Positions 40,082 through 50,214 are shown, counted from the first letter of the stretch. The stretch: DNA of 64,000 nucleotides from Chthonomonadales bacterium (GCA_049967475.1 JBMFSQ010000006.1:18430-82429), one strand, 5' to 3'. Notes: generated by a model from the letters alone, not told the origin. Made by a program: numbers and translations.

Positions 40082-41338
40082 GTGGAGGGGATCAGCCATG
40101 CGCGCGTCGCGACGGTTGCGGCTCAGTTTGCCATCGAAGAGCCCATTGCGGTGGAAGAGTTTCCCGGTCGAGGGAATATCAATCAAGACACGTACCTGGT
40201 GGTATCCGGGCTTGGAGCAAGCCGCCAAGAGTACATCCTTCAGCGCATCAACGAGAAGGTATTTACTCGTCCCCGCAATGTGATGGCGGCTATGGTGGCG
40301 TGCATCGCGGCGCAACGCGAAGCCTTGCCCCACCGCGCACTCGCGCCCGAGGATCGGTGGGAGCCGGTGACGCTGGTTCCCACACGCAGCGGCGAGTGGT
40401 TCTGGGATGAGGGAGGCTTGGGCCGCGACGTATGGCGCCTCATGGCGCGCATTGGGGGGTGCGTGTCGTACAAGAGCCTGAACGAGGTCCCCGACGAAGC
40501 AAAGCGCCTCGCTCTAGCGGAAGAGGCTGCCCGCGGACTGGCTCTGTTTGGTGACCTCACCGCAGGCATGGATACCGCCTCCCTGGAAAACCCATTGCCG
40601 GGCTATCGGGACACGGAAATCTACATCAACCAGCTTCAATCCGTGCTTTCCGGAAACCGCACCCTCGAGCAGGCGAGGGCGCTTCTGCCTCAGGATCCGA
40701 TCCTTCTGCAGAGTGTGGAGCGCCATTTTTTGGTGCACCTCTCTCAGGAAGACTACGCAGCGCGCCTTGCGGACCCGGAGCTGGCACCCTTTCTGGAGGT
40801 GGCACGCCGCCACGCAGCCTTCGGGCGGTCCCTGCTCGATGCCTTGCGGGCCGGTCACGTTCGGCGCGTGGCGATCCATGGCGACACCAAGCTGGAGAAT
40901 TTCCTGTTCGATTCCGCAACCGGCCGCGTGCGTGCGTTGGTGGATTTGGACACGATCATGCCTCACACGTGGCTAGCAGATTGGGGCGATATGGTGCGCT
41001 CCCTCGTGAATGTGGCTGGGGAGAAGGAGCCGGATCTGCACCGCGTGCAGGTAGATCTTCCGGTATACGAAGCGCTTCTGAAGGGCTTCCTCTCCACGGC
41101 GCGTGCGGTGACGGAGGCGGAGGTGGCCAGAATGGCGGATGCCGTTGAGGTGATTGCGTGGGAACTGGGCATCCGTTTCCTTGCGGACTACCTCCGTGGG
41201 GACACCTACTTTCAACCTTCACCCGAAGACCCTTGGGACATCAACCGGACGCGAGCAATGGTGCAACTATCCCTCTTCCAGAAGCTTCGCCAGTACCGCC
41301 CTGAGATCCAGCAGTTGATGAAGGCGTTTCGCCCCTAG
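40082..41338 (+). CDS. APH-fold sugar kinase, N-acetylhexosamine 1-kinase (NahK/LnpB)-like
   Basis: Motifs GNINQDTY, YILQRIN, HGDTKLENFLF, DLDTIMP, ELGIRFLADYL.GD.YF. AAGGAGG RBS before GTG 40082. Confidence 0.8.
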   Translation: MEGISHARVATVAAQFAIEEPIAVEEFPGRGNINQDTYLVVSGLGASRQEYILQRINEKVFTRPRNVMAAMVACIAAQREALPHRALAPEDRWEPVTLVPTRSGEWFWDEGGLGRDVWRLMARIGGCVSYKSLNEVPDEAKRLALAEEAARGLALFGDLTAGMDTASLENPLPGYRDTEIYINQLQSVLSGNRTLEQARALLPQDPILLQSVERHFLVHLSQEDYAARLADPELAPFLEVARRHAAFGRSLLDALRAGHVRRVAIHGDTKLENFLFDSATGRVRALVDLDTIMPHTWLADWGDMVRSLVNVAGEKEPDLHRVQVDLPVYEALLKGFLSTARAVTEAEVARMADAVEVIAWELGIRFLADYLRGDTYFQPSPEDPWDINRTRAMVQLSLFQKLRQYRPEIQQLMKAFRP

Positions 41339-41416
41339 GATGCGCCTTTCTCGGGGTAGCATCTATTGGGGGCGCGACCTGCCGCGCTGCCGCAATGTGC
41401 CAGGAGGATCGCCACA

Positions 41417-42805
41417 ATGATTGCGCCGCTGCATACAGACACACTGCGCCAGTTGAAGATCGGCACCTCATGGGTGCGGGGTGTCGTGGGCGAAGCGCTG
41501 ACACCGGAATTGGTGGTAGATTTCGCGTGCGCCTTCGGCACCTGGTGTGATGGCGGTGTGGTGGTGCTCGGGTGCGACACGCGCCAATCCTCGCCGCTTC
41601 TGCGCGCGGCAGTCCTCAGCGGGCTGATATCGTGCGGATGTGAAGTGGTGGATCTGGGGGTATGCCCTACGCCGCTCGTGTCTTTTGCCGTGCGGGAACG
41701 GGGAGCCGCAGGCGGCATCTCGATCAGCGGAAGCCACAACAGCGCCCGGTGGAATGCGCTCAAATTCCTTGGACCCGATGGCGCCCTCCTCAACGCGGTG
41801 CTCAGTGAGGAGCTCCTCGATATCTATCACGCCTCGGCCTTCGTTCAGGCGGACTGGCAGAACCTTCGGAAGACCACTTCGGCTCCCGGCGTGTTGGACC
41901 GGTATCTGGATCACCTTGTGGCCGGATTGGACGTGGAACAGATCCGCAGCCGAGGGTACCGTGTAGCGATAGATCTGTGCAATGGCGCATGCGGGGCTGC
42001 CGCAAAGGCATTTCTCACGCGGTTGGGGTGTAGCGTCTTCCCTCTTAACGACGAGCCGAGCGGCGAATTCGCCCATGCCCCGGCTCCGTCCCCGGCCAAT
42101 ATGCGCCAGCTCGCCGCACTCATGCGCTGCCTCGGCGCCGATCTGGGGGCCTCCATCAACATAGATGGGGACCGCATCGGCTTTGTAACCCACGATGGGA
42201 CCCCCCTCTCTGAGGAGTACGCCCTGCCCCTGGCTGCCCGCAACGTGCTGGCGAAGCAGGCCGGACCCGTTGTAACGACGTACTCCACTTCGTCCATGGT
42301 GGATGCCATCGCTCGAGAGTTTGGCCAGGAGGTGATCCGAACCTCGGTGGGCGAGGGGTATGTGGTAGACCGGGCACTGGCGGAGGAAGCTGTGATTGCC
42401 GGCGAGGGAAGCGGCGGCGTGGCGGTGCTCAGCATCACACCTACCTTCGACGCCCTGGCTACATTGGGCGTGGTGTTGGAGGAGATGGCGCGCACAGGCA
42501 AGACGTTGGCTGAGATGGCATCGTTGTTGCCGTCGCGCGCCATGCGCAAGGGAGAGTTAGGCGCTGCGCCCGACGTTGTGTACCGAGTGGTGGAGGGCTT
42601 TCGCAAGAAGTATGCAGGGGCCAACCCCAATACCGCCGACGGTGTGAGGGTGGATTGGCCAGACGCATGGCTCCACGTAAGGGCGTCCAACACGGAACCT
42701 TTGTTGCGGGTGATTATTGAGGCGGCAAGCGCAGAGCGGGCGGACGAACTCTTTGAACAAGCCATGACCCTGGCGCGCCGCCTGGCTTTTGGTGTAGGGA
42801 TGTGA
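41417..42805 (+). CDS. Alpha-D-phosphohexomutase family protein, divergent copy
   Basis: SGSHN phosphoserine loop, NIDGDR metal loop, GEGSGG, RASNTEP. AGGAGG RBS. Confidence 0.85.
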   Translation: MIAPLHTDTLRQLKIGTSWVRGVVGEALTPELVVDFACAFGTWCDGGVVVLGCDTRQSSPLLRAAVLSGLISCGCEVVDLGVCPTPLVSFAVRERGAAGGISISGSHNSARWNALKFLGPDGALLNAVLSEELLDIYHASAFVQADWQNLRKTTSAPGVLDRYLDHLVAGLDVEQIRSRGYRVAIDLCNGACGAAAKAFLTRLGCSVFPLNDEPSGEFAHAPAPSPANMRQLAALMRCLGADLGASINIDGDRIGFVTHDGTPLSEEYALPLAARNVLAKQAGPVVTTYSTSSMVDAIAREFGQEVIRTSVGEGYVVDRALAEEAVIAGEGSGGVAVLSITPTFDALATLGVVLEEMARTGKTLAEMASLLPSRAMRKGELGAAPDVVYRVVEGFRKKYAGANPNTADGVRVDWPDAWLHVRASNTEPLLRVIIEAASAERADELFEQAMTLARRLAFGVGM

Positions 42806-42845
42806 GGCGCCGATCGGCATGGTCGGCAGGGATGGGGGGAACACG

Positions 42846-44198
42846 ATGCGCAAGCCGCTGTCACTGAAGATTGGCATCTCGGGAGTGCGGGGCGTGGTAG
42901 GCGATTCTCTTACGCCGCAACTGGTTACGGCGTTCTCCGCCGCCTTTGGTGCCCATGTCGGAGCCGGACCCATCGCGATCGGCACCGACAGCCGCCCGTC
43001 GCGTGAGATGGTCAAACAAGCCGTCATCGCCGGCCTCTTGAGCGTAGGATGCGCTCCCGTAGATTTAGGCATCGTGCCGGTGCCCGCGCTTCAGCTCTAC
43101 GTGCGGCAATCCGGCGCATTCGGGGGTATCTGCATTACCGCAAGCCATAACCCCATCGAATGGAATGCCCTGAAGTTCTTCGGTCCCGACGGCATCTTGC
43201 TTCGGCCCAACCAGGCTGTAGAGCTTACGGATCTGTACCACCAGGGCGTGTATCCGCGCGTTGCCTACAAGGATCTGGCTGATGTGAGGGTAGACGGCAC
43301 TGCGGCTCTGCGTCACCATCGCGCAGTTCAGGCAGCGGTGGATCTGGAACGCATACGGGCGCGGCGCTTCCGTGTAGTGGTGGATTGTTGTAACGGAGCG
43401 GCATCCCGCTCGACACCCGCATTCTTAAGGAACTTGGGCTGCGAGGTCACAGAGCTCTATACCGACCCGGATAAGCCCTTTCCGCACAATCCGGAACCCT
43501 TGCCGGAGAATATCGGAGCCCTTTGCACGCGGGTGAAGGAGATTGGCGCCGACATTGGCTTTGTACAGGATGCCGATGCGGACCGTTTGGCTGTAGTCAA
43601 CGAAAAGGGCGAGCCTTTGGGTGAGGAGTGCACTCTTGCGCTGGCGGTGCGCCATATGTTGCGCAAGCGGGTGGGACCCGTCGTTGTGAATGTGTCTACC
43701 AGTAGGATGGTGGACGACGTGGCGGCAGAGTTTGGTGTTCCTGTGTACCGCACCCGCGTGGGCGAGATCAATGTAGTGGAGAAGATGTTCGAGGTGGATG
43801 CCCAGGTGGGTGGAGAGGGAAATGGAGGAGTGATCGTGCCGGCCATCAATCCCTGCAGGGACAGCTTCGTGGGGATGGCGCTGATCCTCGAAAGCCTGGC
43901 CGAGGAAGAGTGCACCATAAGCCAGTTGAGGGCAAGGATACCGGAATACGCCATCGTCAAGGCGAAGGCGGATTTCGCTGCGCGTGAGATTGGGCCGGCG
44001 CTGAAGCGCTTCCAGGAAGCCTACCGCGGGGAGAGGCTGGATTTGACGGATGGCGTGAAGGTAGTTTGGGACGATCGCTGGGTGCAGGCGCGAGGATCCA
44101 ATACCGAACCCATCATCCGCGTGACCGCCGAGGCTCCCGACGAGGAGGGGGCGCGCAAGCTCGTAGACGAGGCATTGGCCCGATTGCGGGGCCAATAG
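42846..44198 (+). CDS. Phosphoglucosamine mutase/phosphomannomutase (GlmM/ManB-like)
   Basis: Canonical motifs SGVRG, TASHNP, DADADR, GEGNGG, RGSNTEP. Confidence 0.9.
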   Translation: MRKPLSLKIGISGVRGVVGDSLTPQLVTAFSAAFGAHVGAGPIAIGTDSRPSREMVKQAVIAGLLSVGCAPVDLGIVPVPALQLYVRQSGAFGGICITASHNPIEWNALKFFGPDGILLRPNQAVELTDLYHQGVYPRVAYKDLADVRVDGTAALRHHRAVQAAVDLERIRARRFRVVVDCCNGAASRSTPAFLRNLGCEVTELYTDPDKPFPHNPEPLPENIGALCTRVKEIGADIGFVQDADADRLAVVNEKGEPLGEECTLALAVRHMLRKRVGPVVVNVSTSRMVDDVAAEFGVPVYRTRVGEINVVEKMFEVDAQVGGEGNGGVIVPAINPCRDSFVGMALILESLAEEECTISQLRARIPEYAIVKAKADFAAREIGPALKRFQEAYRGERLDLTDGVKVVWDDRWVQARGSNTEPIIRVTAEAPDEEGARKLVDEALARLRGQ

Positions 44199-44395
44199 TC
44201 CTCGCAACGCGCCTCAGGTGCACGGGTGATCCCGCATGCTGCCTGGGTGGAGGAGTCGGCGGATACCGATGCACCGGATCTGTGGATTAGGGTCGCGGGG
44301 AAGTTCGACTTTTGCGGGTGGGTTTGGCGTTGGTTCAGACTGCGGAGAAGGCGGGGCACACATCGTCCCCGCCTTCGCGATTACCATGCGCCGGG

Positions 44396-44773
44396 TTACC
44401 AGCGCCGGCCGCCTCCGCCTCCGCGGTTGCCGCCACGGCCGCCGCCCCCGCCTCCGCGGTTGCCGCCGCCGTAGCCACCCCCGCCGCCTCCGCCGCCGCC
44501 ATACCCTCGACCTCCTCCGCCTCCGCTGCGCTCACGCGCTTCGTTCACGCTGAGGGTACGGCCGCCCATTTGGGTGCCGTTGAGGGCCTGAATGGCCTTG
44601 TCGGCCTCGTCGTCGTTGGCCATCTCCACGAAGCCAAAGCCCTTGGCTTGACCGGTGAAGCGGTCTGATACGATGTGAATGTCGGTGACCTGGCCGAACT
44701 GGCCGAAGAGGCTCTCCAGGTCCTGGTCGTGGGCTGAATAGGGCAGGCCGCCCACGTAGATACGCTTTGCCAC
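44396..44773 (-). CDS. RRM RNA-binding protein with a Gly-rich tail
   Basis: RNP2 IYVGGL, RNP1 KGFGFVEM, Gly/Arg/Tyr-rich tail ending RRW. AAAGGAG RBS with GTG start. Confidence 0.93.
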   Translation of the reverse strand: MAKRIYVGGLPYSAHDQDLESLFGQFGQVTDIHIVSDRFTGQAKGFGFVEMANDDEADKAIQALNGTQMGGRTLSVNEARERSGGGGGRGYGGGGGGGGGYGGGNRGGGGGGRGGNRGGGGGRRW

Positions 44774-45033
44774 TGATGGCTCCTTTGATTGAATAGCGTC
44801 CGGTTCTGTTGGCAGTTGATCCCGGAACGCAGAGAACTGATACGGGCCGCCGCGCGCCGCCGCCCACTGCCAGTGCCCCGATTCCCCCAAAAGACCGGCT
44901 GCGGTCGCCGCGGCCCCGCGCAGAATGAGCCGCAAAGCACAACCTCCGTCCCTTCGCGCGTACGCTCTGAGACGGAGGCCCCGTACAGATGTAGTCACGC
45001 AGGCGGAATCAGAATTCCTATACTGGTACCCCC

Positions 45034-45062
45034 ATTATAACGCGACCGCGGCCGGCCGTCAA
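45034..45062 (-). promoter_or_regulatory. Sigma70 promoter for the RRM gene
   Basis: Minus strand TTGACG (45062-45057), 17 nt spacer, TATAAT (45039-45034). Confidence 0.75.
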
Positions 45063-45141
45063 CCGTTTGACGGAGGCAATTTCATTAGTTGGCCGCCGAA
45101 TATGGATCGCAGACGCATGGAACGGGTATCCTGAGCCCACC

Positions 45142-46161
45142 ATGGCACTTCATGCGGAGATCCACCGGCATTTGGGCGGGGCGGTCGTTCCCCGCATCTT
45201 CTGGCGCTTCTTGGTGCGCACCGGCCATCCCTTGGCCGCCGATTACCCGTCGTACGAGAGCCTGGAAGCCTTCGTAACGCGTCCCCGGGCAAGCCTCGCG
45301 GAGTATCTGGAGCTCCATACTCTTGTGGAGAGCGTTCAAACGATGGACACGCTGGAATACTTCGTGTCCAAACTGGTGCGGGGAGCCTACGTCTTCGAGT
45401 CGATCTGCTACCTGGAGTTGAGGCACACCCCGTATTACCGCACCGACGCCACACGTTCTCAGGACGAGCGCATCGTGCAGATGAAGAATGTGGTTGAGCG
45501 CATCTCCCGCGCTGCCCGCCAGCCGGATTATCCCCTTGTCATGAGGCAGATCTTGTGCATGCACAGCCGCCTGCCGTATGAAGTCAATCGGGCCATTCTG
45601 GAATTGGCCGCTCAAGAGCGTGACGCAGTGTGCGGCCTGGATTTGGCGGGCCCCGATGTGCTGTACGGCGAGCGAATGGATGAGTTCGTGCAGCTCTTCC
45701 GGGCAGCCAAGGAAATGGGCCTCAAAACCACCGCCCATCTTTTCGAAACGCCAAACGGCTGCTTCCCGCAGCTACTTCCCTATCTGGATCGCATCGGGCA
45801 CGGCATCCAGATCCCCCTGATGCATCCGGGCCTCTTGAAGGATGTGGCGTCTCGCGGCCAGTGCCTCGAGGTTTGCCCCACCACCTACCTTAAAACGGGC
45901 ACTCTTCGGCACATCCGCGAGCTTCGACCGGTATTCGACCGGTGCGCAGATGCCGGCGTTGATGTAGTATTGTGCACGGACAATGCCGGGCTTCACAATG
46001 TGCGTTTGCCGGCGGAGATCGAGAACCTGCTCACCGAGGATGTGATAGACTTCGCCCAGCTTCGGGCTTGCGAAGAAGCAGCCTTTCGCCACGCATTCGC
46101 GTGGCCGCTCCCGCATCCGCCCCAGAGGGTTCTCGCGGACCTAAGCACGGGCGCTTGGTAA
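45142..46161 (+). CDS. Adenosine deaminase family metallohydrolase
   Basis: Motifs EIHRHLGG, YLELR, GLDLAG, TAHLFE, RIGHG, LEVCPT, CTDN. Confidence 0.85.
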   Translation: MALHAEIHRHLGGAVVPRIFWRFLVRTGHPLAADYPSYESLEAFVTRPRASLAEYLELHTLVESVQTMDTLEYFVSKLVRGAYVFESICYLELRHTPYYRTDATRSQDERIVQMKNVVERISRAARQPDYPLVMRQILCMHSRLPYEVNRAILELAAQERDAVCGLDLAGPDVLYGERMDEFVQLFRAAKEMGLKTTAHLFETPNGCFPQLLPYLDRIGHGIQIPLMHPGLLKDVASRGQCLEVCPTTYLKTGTLRHIRELRPVFDRCADAGVDVVLCTDNAGLHNVRLPAEIENLLTEDVIDFAQLRACEEAAFRHAFAWPLPHPPQRVLADLSTGAW

Positions 46162-46166
46162 GGAGA

Positions 46167-48302
46167 TTAGGCCGCCCGTTGGCGAATTGCGGATGCCCGA
46201 ACGATGGTGATGCGCGCGTCGCTTGCCGCCCTGCGCGCCTCACGGATCAGGCGATTGATCTCGCGGCACGTTATGCCGGGGTCCCCAAACATCTCAACAC
46301 CGCGGATCTTGAGGGCGAGTGGCGGAATGGGATCGCGAGATCCTTCGTCGCCGGAGCAAACACGGTCCGTGCGGCGTGGTTGCAGGCGGGGGCCGAGGGC
46401 CTTGAACTCGCCTACTGCCAGAAGCGCGAAGCTGCGGGCAGCCTCGGGCGGCGCAAGGATCAGAAAGTGATCCGCGCCGAGGTGGCCTAGGAAGCCCCCC
46501 GTCATTTGAAGGCTGCAGAGAACTTTCTCTAGAAGCTTGGCGAGCTCGCAGATCACTTCGTCGCCACGTGCGAGGCCATAGACTTCGTTGAAGTCCGCAA
46601 AGTGGTCTACCTCGGTGATGAGCAGTACCAGCGCTTCACCGCTCTGGATCCTCCGCTTGGCTTCATGCTCGCTTACAGCTTTTCCCGGGAGACCCGTTAG
46701 GGGAGAAATGTGCCGGGCATGGTTGGTTTTGAGTGTAGCGATCGCGGCCATTAGGTCTCGTACGGGCAGGACGCCCACGTACTGGTCTTGTTCCGTCACC
46801 ACAAGGTCGCCCCCGAAGCGACCTTCGGGAAGGTAGCTGATGCGGTGGGGCACCTCGTCCACCGGAAGGTGGGCAGGAATGGTGACCGGTTGCGGGTCCA
46901 TAAGGGAAGCTGCCGTGGCGGTCTCCGCTACCCCACTCAATGCGGCGCTTTCCATCTTGTCGCGGGTGATGATGCCCGCCACATGAACGTCATCCAGCAC
47001 GACGATGCACGTGAGGTCGGCGTCTTTTGCGAACTTGCGGGCTACCTCCGACAGCGGAGCCTCCCTTGGAACCGTGATGCCGGATCGGGCAATCTCCCGA
47101 ACTGGGTAGGGTCGGCCTGTGGTTCGGTGCCGCACGTGTTCATAACGCTGGCGAAGCACCTGTTGAACGGATTTGCGCAAGGGCTTGAACAGGTCGTTCG
47201 GCCGGCCAAGGTAATATCCCTGGCCGTAGGCAACTCCAGCGTCAATCACCGCAGCGAGTTCATCGCGCGTTTCGATGCCTTCGGCGACGATTGCCGTGCC
47301 GATGTGATCGGCCAGGCATGCAAGGGCTCCGAGGAGCGCGCGGCGCATCCCGCTGTTGCGCAGGGATCGCACCAAGGAACGCTCCACTTTGATGTAATCC
47401 GGGCGCATCTCGGCGATCGCCTCGAGGCTGCTGTACCCGTTGCCGGCATCATCTATTGCCAGCATGAACCCTTGGGCGCGGAGCCATTCCACGTACTCGA
47501 GCAGGCGAGGGAAATCGTCCACCGCTTGCCTTTCGGTGATCTCGAGGACTACGTTGCGGGGCGAGATGCCGACCTCGTGAGCGGCTGCGGCCAAAGATCG
47601 GTCTGCGAGGTGGAGAAAAGCCAGACCTTCCGCATCCATGTTCACGAAGAGCTTCTCGTGCACGTCGTGTCGGGCTGCTTCTTCAAAGCACTTCTGCTGG
47701 CACGCCACATCCAGCCATGACACCAGACGTGCCTTGTCGGCCGTTTTGAAGAGCGCCCCCGGCTTATTGAGGATGGCATTCTTGGGCCCGCGGATGAGCG
47801 CTTCATAGCCGTGGATGCGGGCTGAGGCCAAATCTACGATGGGCTGGAACTGCACGCAGAGACGGTCCTGAAGCAGCGTCTCCAGCAATTCATTGAGCTC
47901 AGCGATATTCTGTTGAACGGTGCTGATGGAGGATGCGTACGTCAGGGGCACGATCACCGGGTCCTGGGCAGGGGGTCCGGTTTCGGACAGCGGCTGGTCC
48001 AGCGCCAGGTTGCTGCGTAGGAGCATCAGCACCGAATGGATGAAAAAGGGATCGAAGGGCTGCCCGCTGCGCGGCGTGACCACGGCTGCTATCGTTTGGG
48101 CATCCATGGGGAAGGTGTCTATGAGCGCAGGCTCGAGCAGGATGCCCTGGAGGATGTTCTCGATGAGGGAGGCTGTTTGAGGCGGCACGCGGTCTGGCGC
48201 GGAGAAGCGCACCATGAAGGCCATGGAGCAGTTCTGCATCCGGTCTACAAAACGCCGGACCGGTTCCGGCGAGACCAGCGGCTCGGTTGGTGGCGCATCC
48301 AT
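46167..48302 (-). CDS. EAL-CBS-degenerate GGDEF protein (probable c-di-GMP phosphodiesterase)
   Basis: EAL motifs FQPIV..YEALIRG, LFVN, EITE, DDAGNGYSSL, AEGIET, GQGY. CBS pair. C-terminal PLTGLPG...DHFADFNEVYG..GD with GADHF at the GGDEF position. Confidence 0.88.
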   Translation of the reverse strand: MDAPPTEPLVSPEPVRRFVDRMQNCSMAFMVRFSAPDRVPPQTASLIENILQGILLEPALIDTFPMDAQTIAAVVTPRSGQPFDPFFIHSVLMLLRSNLALDQPLSETGPPAQDPVIVPLTYASSISTVQQNIAELNELLETLLQDRLCVQFQPIVDLASARIHGYEALIRGPKNAILNKPGALFKTADKARLVSWLDVACQQKCFEEAARHDVHEKLFVNMDAEGLAFLHLADRSLAAAAHEVGISPRNVVLEITERQAVDDFPRLLEYVEWLRAQGFMLAIDDAGNGYSSLEAIAEMRPDYIKVERSLVRSLRNSGMRRALLGALACLADHIGTAIVAEGIETRDELAAVIDAGVAYGQGYYLGRPNDLFKPLRKSVQQVLRQRYEHVRHRTTGRPYPVREIARSGITVPREAPLSEVARKFAKDADLTCIVVLDDVHVAGIITRDKMESAALSGVAETATAASLMDPQPVTIPAHLPVDEVPHRISYLPEGRFGGDLVVTEQDQYVGVLPVRDLMAAIATLKTNHARHISPLTGLPGKAVSEHEAKRRIQSGEALVLLITEVDHFADFNEVYGLARGDEVICELAKLLEKVLCSLQMTGGFLGHLGADHFLILAPPEAARSFALLAVGEFKALGPRLQPRRTDRVCSGDEGSRDPIPPLALKIRGVEMFGDPGITCREINRLIREARRAASDARITIVRASAIRQRAA

Positions 48303-48510
48303 ACGTCTCTCCGGCCTGGGCACGTCGTCATGATGTGCCGGTGGGCGCAGCGCAGGGCGGCGCCTCACTGATAGAGTTATCGGATCGTGCCTCGGCGAAC
48401 CTCAGAGTATTGGAGAGACCTGGGGTCTGTGATACAGGCAGCGCCAATCCCGCAGGGATCTCGGCCCGGTTGGGTTAACCTCAGATTACACAAGGTAGGA
48501 GGCCGATGAC

Positions 48511-49647
48511 ATGGCCGGAAAGGGGAGGACGGTGAAGATTACACAGATCCGGTGCTTCTGCGTAGAGCCGCGCTGGCTCTTTGTGAAGATCGAGACGGAC
48601 GAAGGGCTGTGCGGGTGGGGCGAGTGTTTGGGAGATAAGGCGTACGTCATTGCAGAGGCGGTGAGGTCCTTCGAGCACGCCCTTGTGGGAGAGGATCCCC
48701 GCAAGATCGTCCACCATTGGCAGAGCATGTATCGCGGCGCCTTTTGGCGCGGGGGGAGCACCCTCTGCGCGGCCATCAGCGGATTGGAGATGGCCTTATG
48801 GGACCTGCAGGGAAAGCGCCTCGGCGTGCCTGTTTACGAACTCCTTGGAGGTCCTACGCGGGATCGGGTGCGCGTGTACAGCAGGCCCCGCGGGTCTTCG
48901 CCGAAGGATCTGGCCGCCAGCGCCCGGGAAGTGGTGAAAGCGGGGTTCACGGCGCTGAAGTTCTGCCCCTTCGACCGCGTAAAGGCCGTGGATCACTATT
49001 CGGTTGTAGAAGAGGCCGCCGAGCGGGTACAGGCTGTACGCGATGCCGTGGGAAGCGGAGTTGATATCCTCTTGGACTTCCATGGCCGCCTCTCTCCGGC
49101 GATGGCGATCCTCATGGAGGAGGCCATGCGGGAGCATCATCCCTTCTTCATTGAGGAGCCGGTGCTGCCGGAGAATGTGGTTGAGCTGGAACGGGTGGCG
49201 CGTCAGTTCAAAACGCCTGTTGCTACCGGGGAGCGCCTTTTCACTAAGTGGGGATTTCGGGAAGTACTGGAACGCGGAGCGGCTTCCGTGCTGCAGCCGG
49301 ATCCGTGCATCTGTGGGGGCATCCTCGAGGCCGTCCACATTGCTGCGATGGCGGAATGTTATTACGCGTCGGTGGCACCTCACAATCCCTACGGCCCCGT
49401 CAACCTGGCAGCCGCGTTGCAGATTGACTGCGCTATTCCGAATTTTCTCCTCCAGGAGTATGTGCATCTGGGAGAGGGTTACCTCGTGAAGCCTTTCGAG
49501 GTAGAGGGTGGGTATATCCGCAGGCCGGAGGGACCCGGGCTGGGGATCGAAATAAACGAGGACTACCTACTTGAACGGCCCCTTGGTTCAAAGCCCGACG
49601 TGGGCCGGTGGTTCCATGCGGATGACGGGAGCGTAGCAGACTGGTAA
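48511..49647 (+). CDS. dgoD: D-galactonate dehydratase (mandelate racemase/enolase superfamily)
   Basis: Motifs PRWLFVKIETDEG..GWGE, LDFHGR, FIEEP, ATGERL, APHNP.GP, C-terminal DGSVADW. Exact substrate not proven. Confidence 0.85.
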   Translation: MAGKGRTVKITQIRCFCVEPRWLFVKIETDEGLCGWGECLGDKAYVIAEAVRSFEHALVGEDPRKIVHHWQSMYRGAFWRGGSTLCAAISGLEMALWDLQGKRLGVPVYELLGGPTRDRVRVYSRPRGSSPKDLAASAREVVKAGFTALKFCPFDRVKAVDHYSVVEEAAERVQAVRDAVGSGVDILLDFHGRLSPAMAILMEEAMREHHPFFIEEPVLPENVVELERVARQFKTPVATGERLFTKWGFREVLERGAASVLQPDPCICGGILEAVHIAAMAECYYASVAPHNPYGPVNLAAALQIDCAIPNFLLQEYVHLGEGYLVKPFEVEGGYIRRPEGPGLGIEINEDYLLERPLGSKPDVGRWFHADDGSVADW

Positions 49648-49657
49648 TCGCGGGCTG

Positions 49658-49689
49658 GGCGGGGGATGGGGGTTGGGCGGTCCCCCGCC
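49658..49689. terminator. GC-rich hairpin between convergent genes
   Basis: GGCGGGGGA/TCCCCCGCC inverted repeat; no strong U-tract. Confidence 0.4.
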
Positions 49690-49709
49690 GCCAGACCGCT
49701 GTGGTATCT

Positions 49710-49985
49710 TTATCGGCTTTCGCCGCCCTTCTTTCCGATATTGGCCATATGCCCGCGATCTTGCGACACGCGCTCGCCGCCCTTGCGGCCGATAGCGGCC
49801 ATATGCTCGCGGTCCTGGGCTACCTTCGTGCCGCCGCGGCGGCCGATTTCAGCCATGTGCTGCCGGTCCTGGCTGACTTTGGCACCGCCCTTGCGGCCGG
49901 CTGCGGCATGCCCTTCGGGATCGCCATGCCAGCCGCGTCCCTTCCGTTGGGACGTGTCCGCCGCTTGGACCTCCAGTTGTGTCAT
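49710..49985 (-). CDS. KGG-repeat general stress protein (YciG/GsiB-like)
   Basis: Tandem 18-aa (54-nt) repeats GRKGG..V.QDR.HMA.I. GGAGGTG RBS. Confidence 0.9.
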   Translation of the reverse strand: MTQLEVQAADTSQRKGRGWHGDPEGHAAAGRKGGAKVSQDRQHMAEIGRRGGTKVAQDREHMAAIGRKGGERVSQDRGHMANIGKKGGESR

Positions 49986-50214
49986 GGTACTCACCTCCCA
50001 TACGGAGCAGTCCTACAGGCTCCGCACGCGTGAGGCCAGTGCAATCTTCACAGATCTCTGCGCCCCACTGTTCCCTCTTGGGGAGACATATTCAAGACGG
50101 AATTGCGCGGTCATTAGTTCCCGCAATAGGCTGCCCAGGCGCTGAGGCAAAACGGGTAGAATGGCCGTGACGCACGAATGAGATGCGGCAGATCTGCGCA
50201 ACGGGAGGGTGTGC

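Noticed and set aside
44396..44530. Short GC-rich direct repeats (CCGCCTCCGCGGTTGCCGCC)
   Set aside because: They encode the Gly-rich tail of the RRM protein and are not a CRISPR or DNA-level repeat.
49715..49905. 54-nt periodic repeats that superficially resemble an array
   Set aside because: These are in-frame KGG protein repeats with synonymous variation, with no unique spacers and no cas genes.
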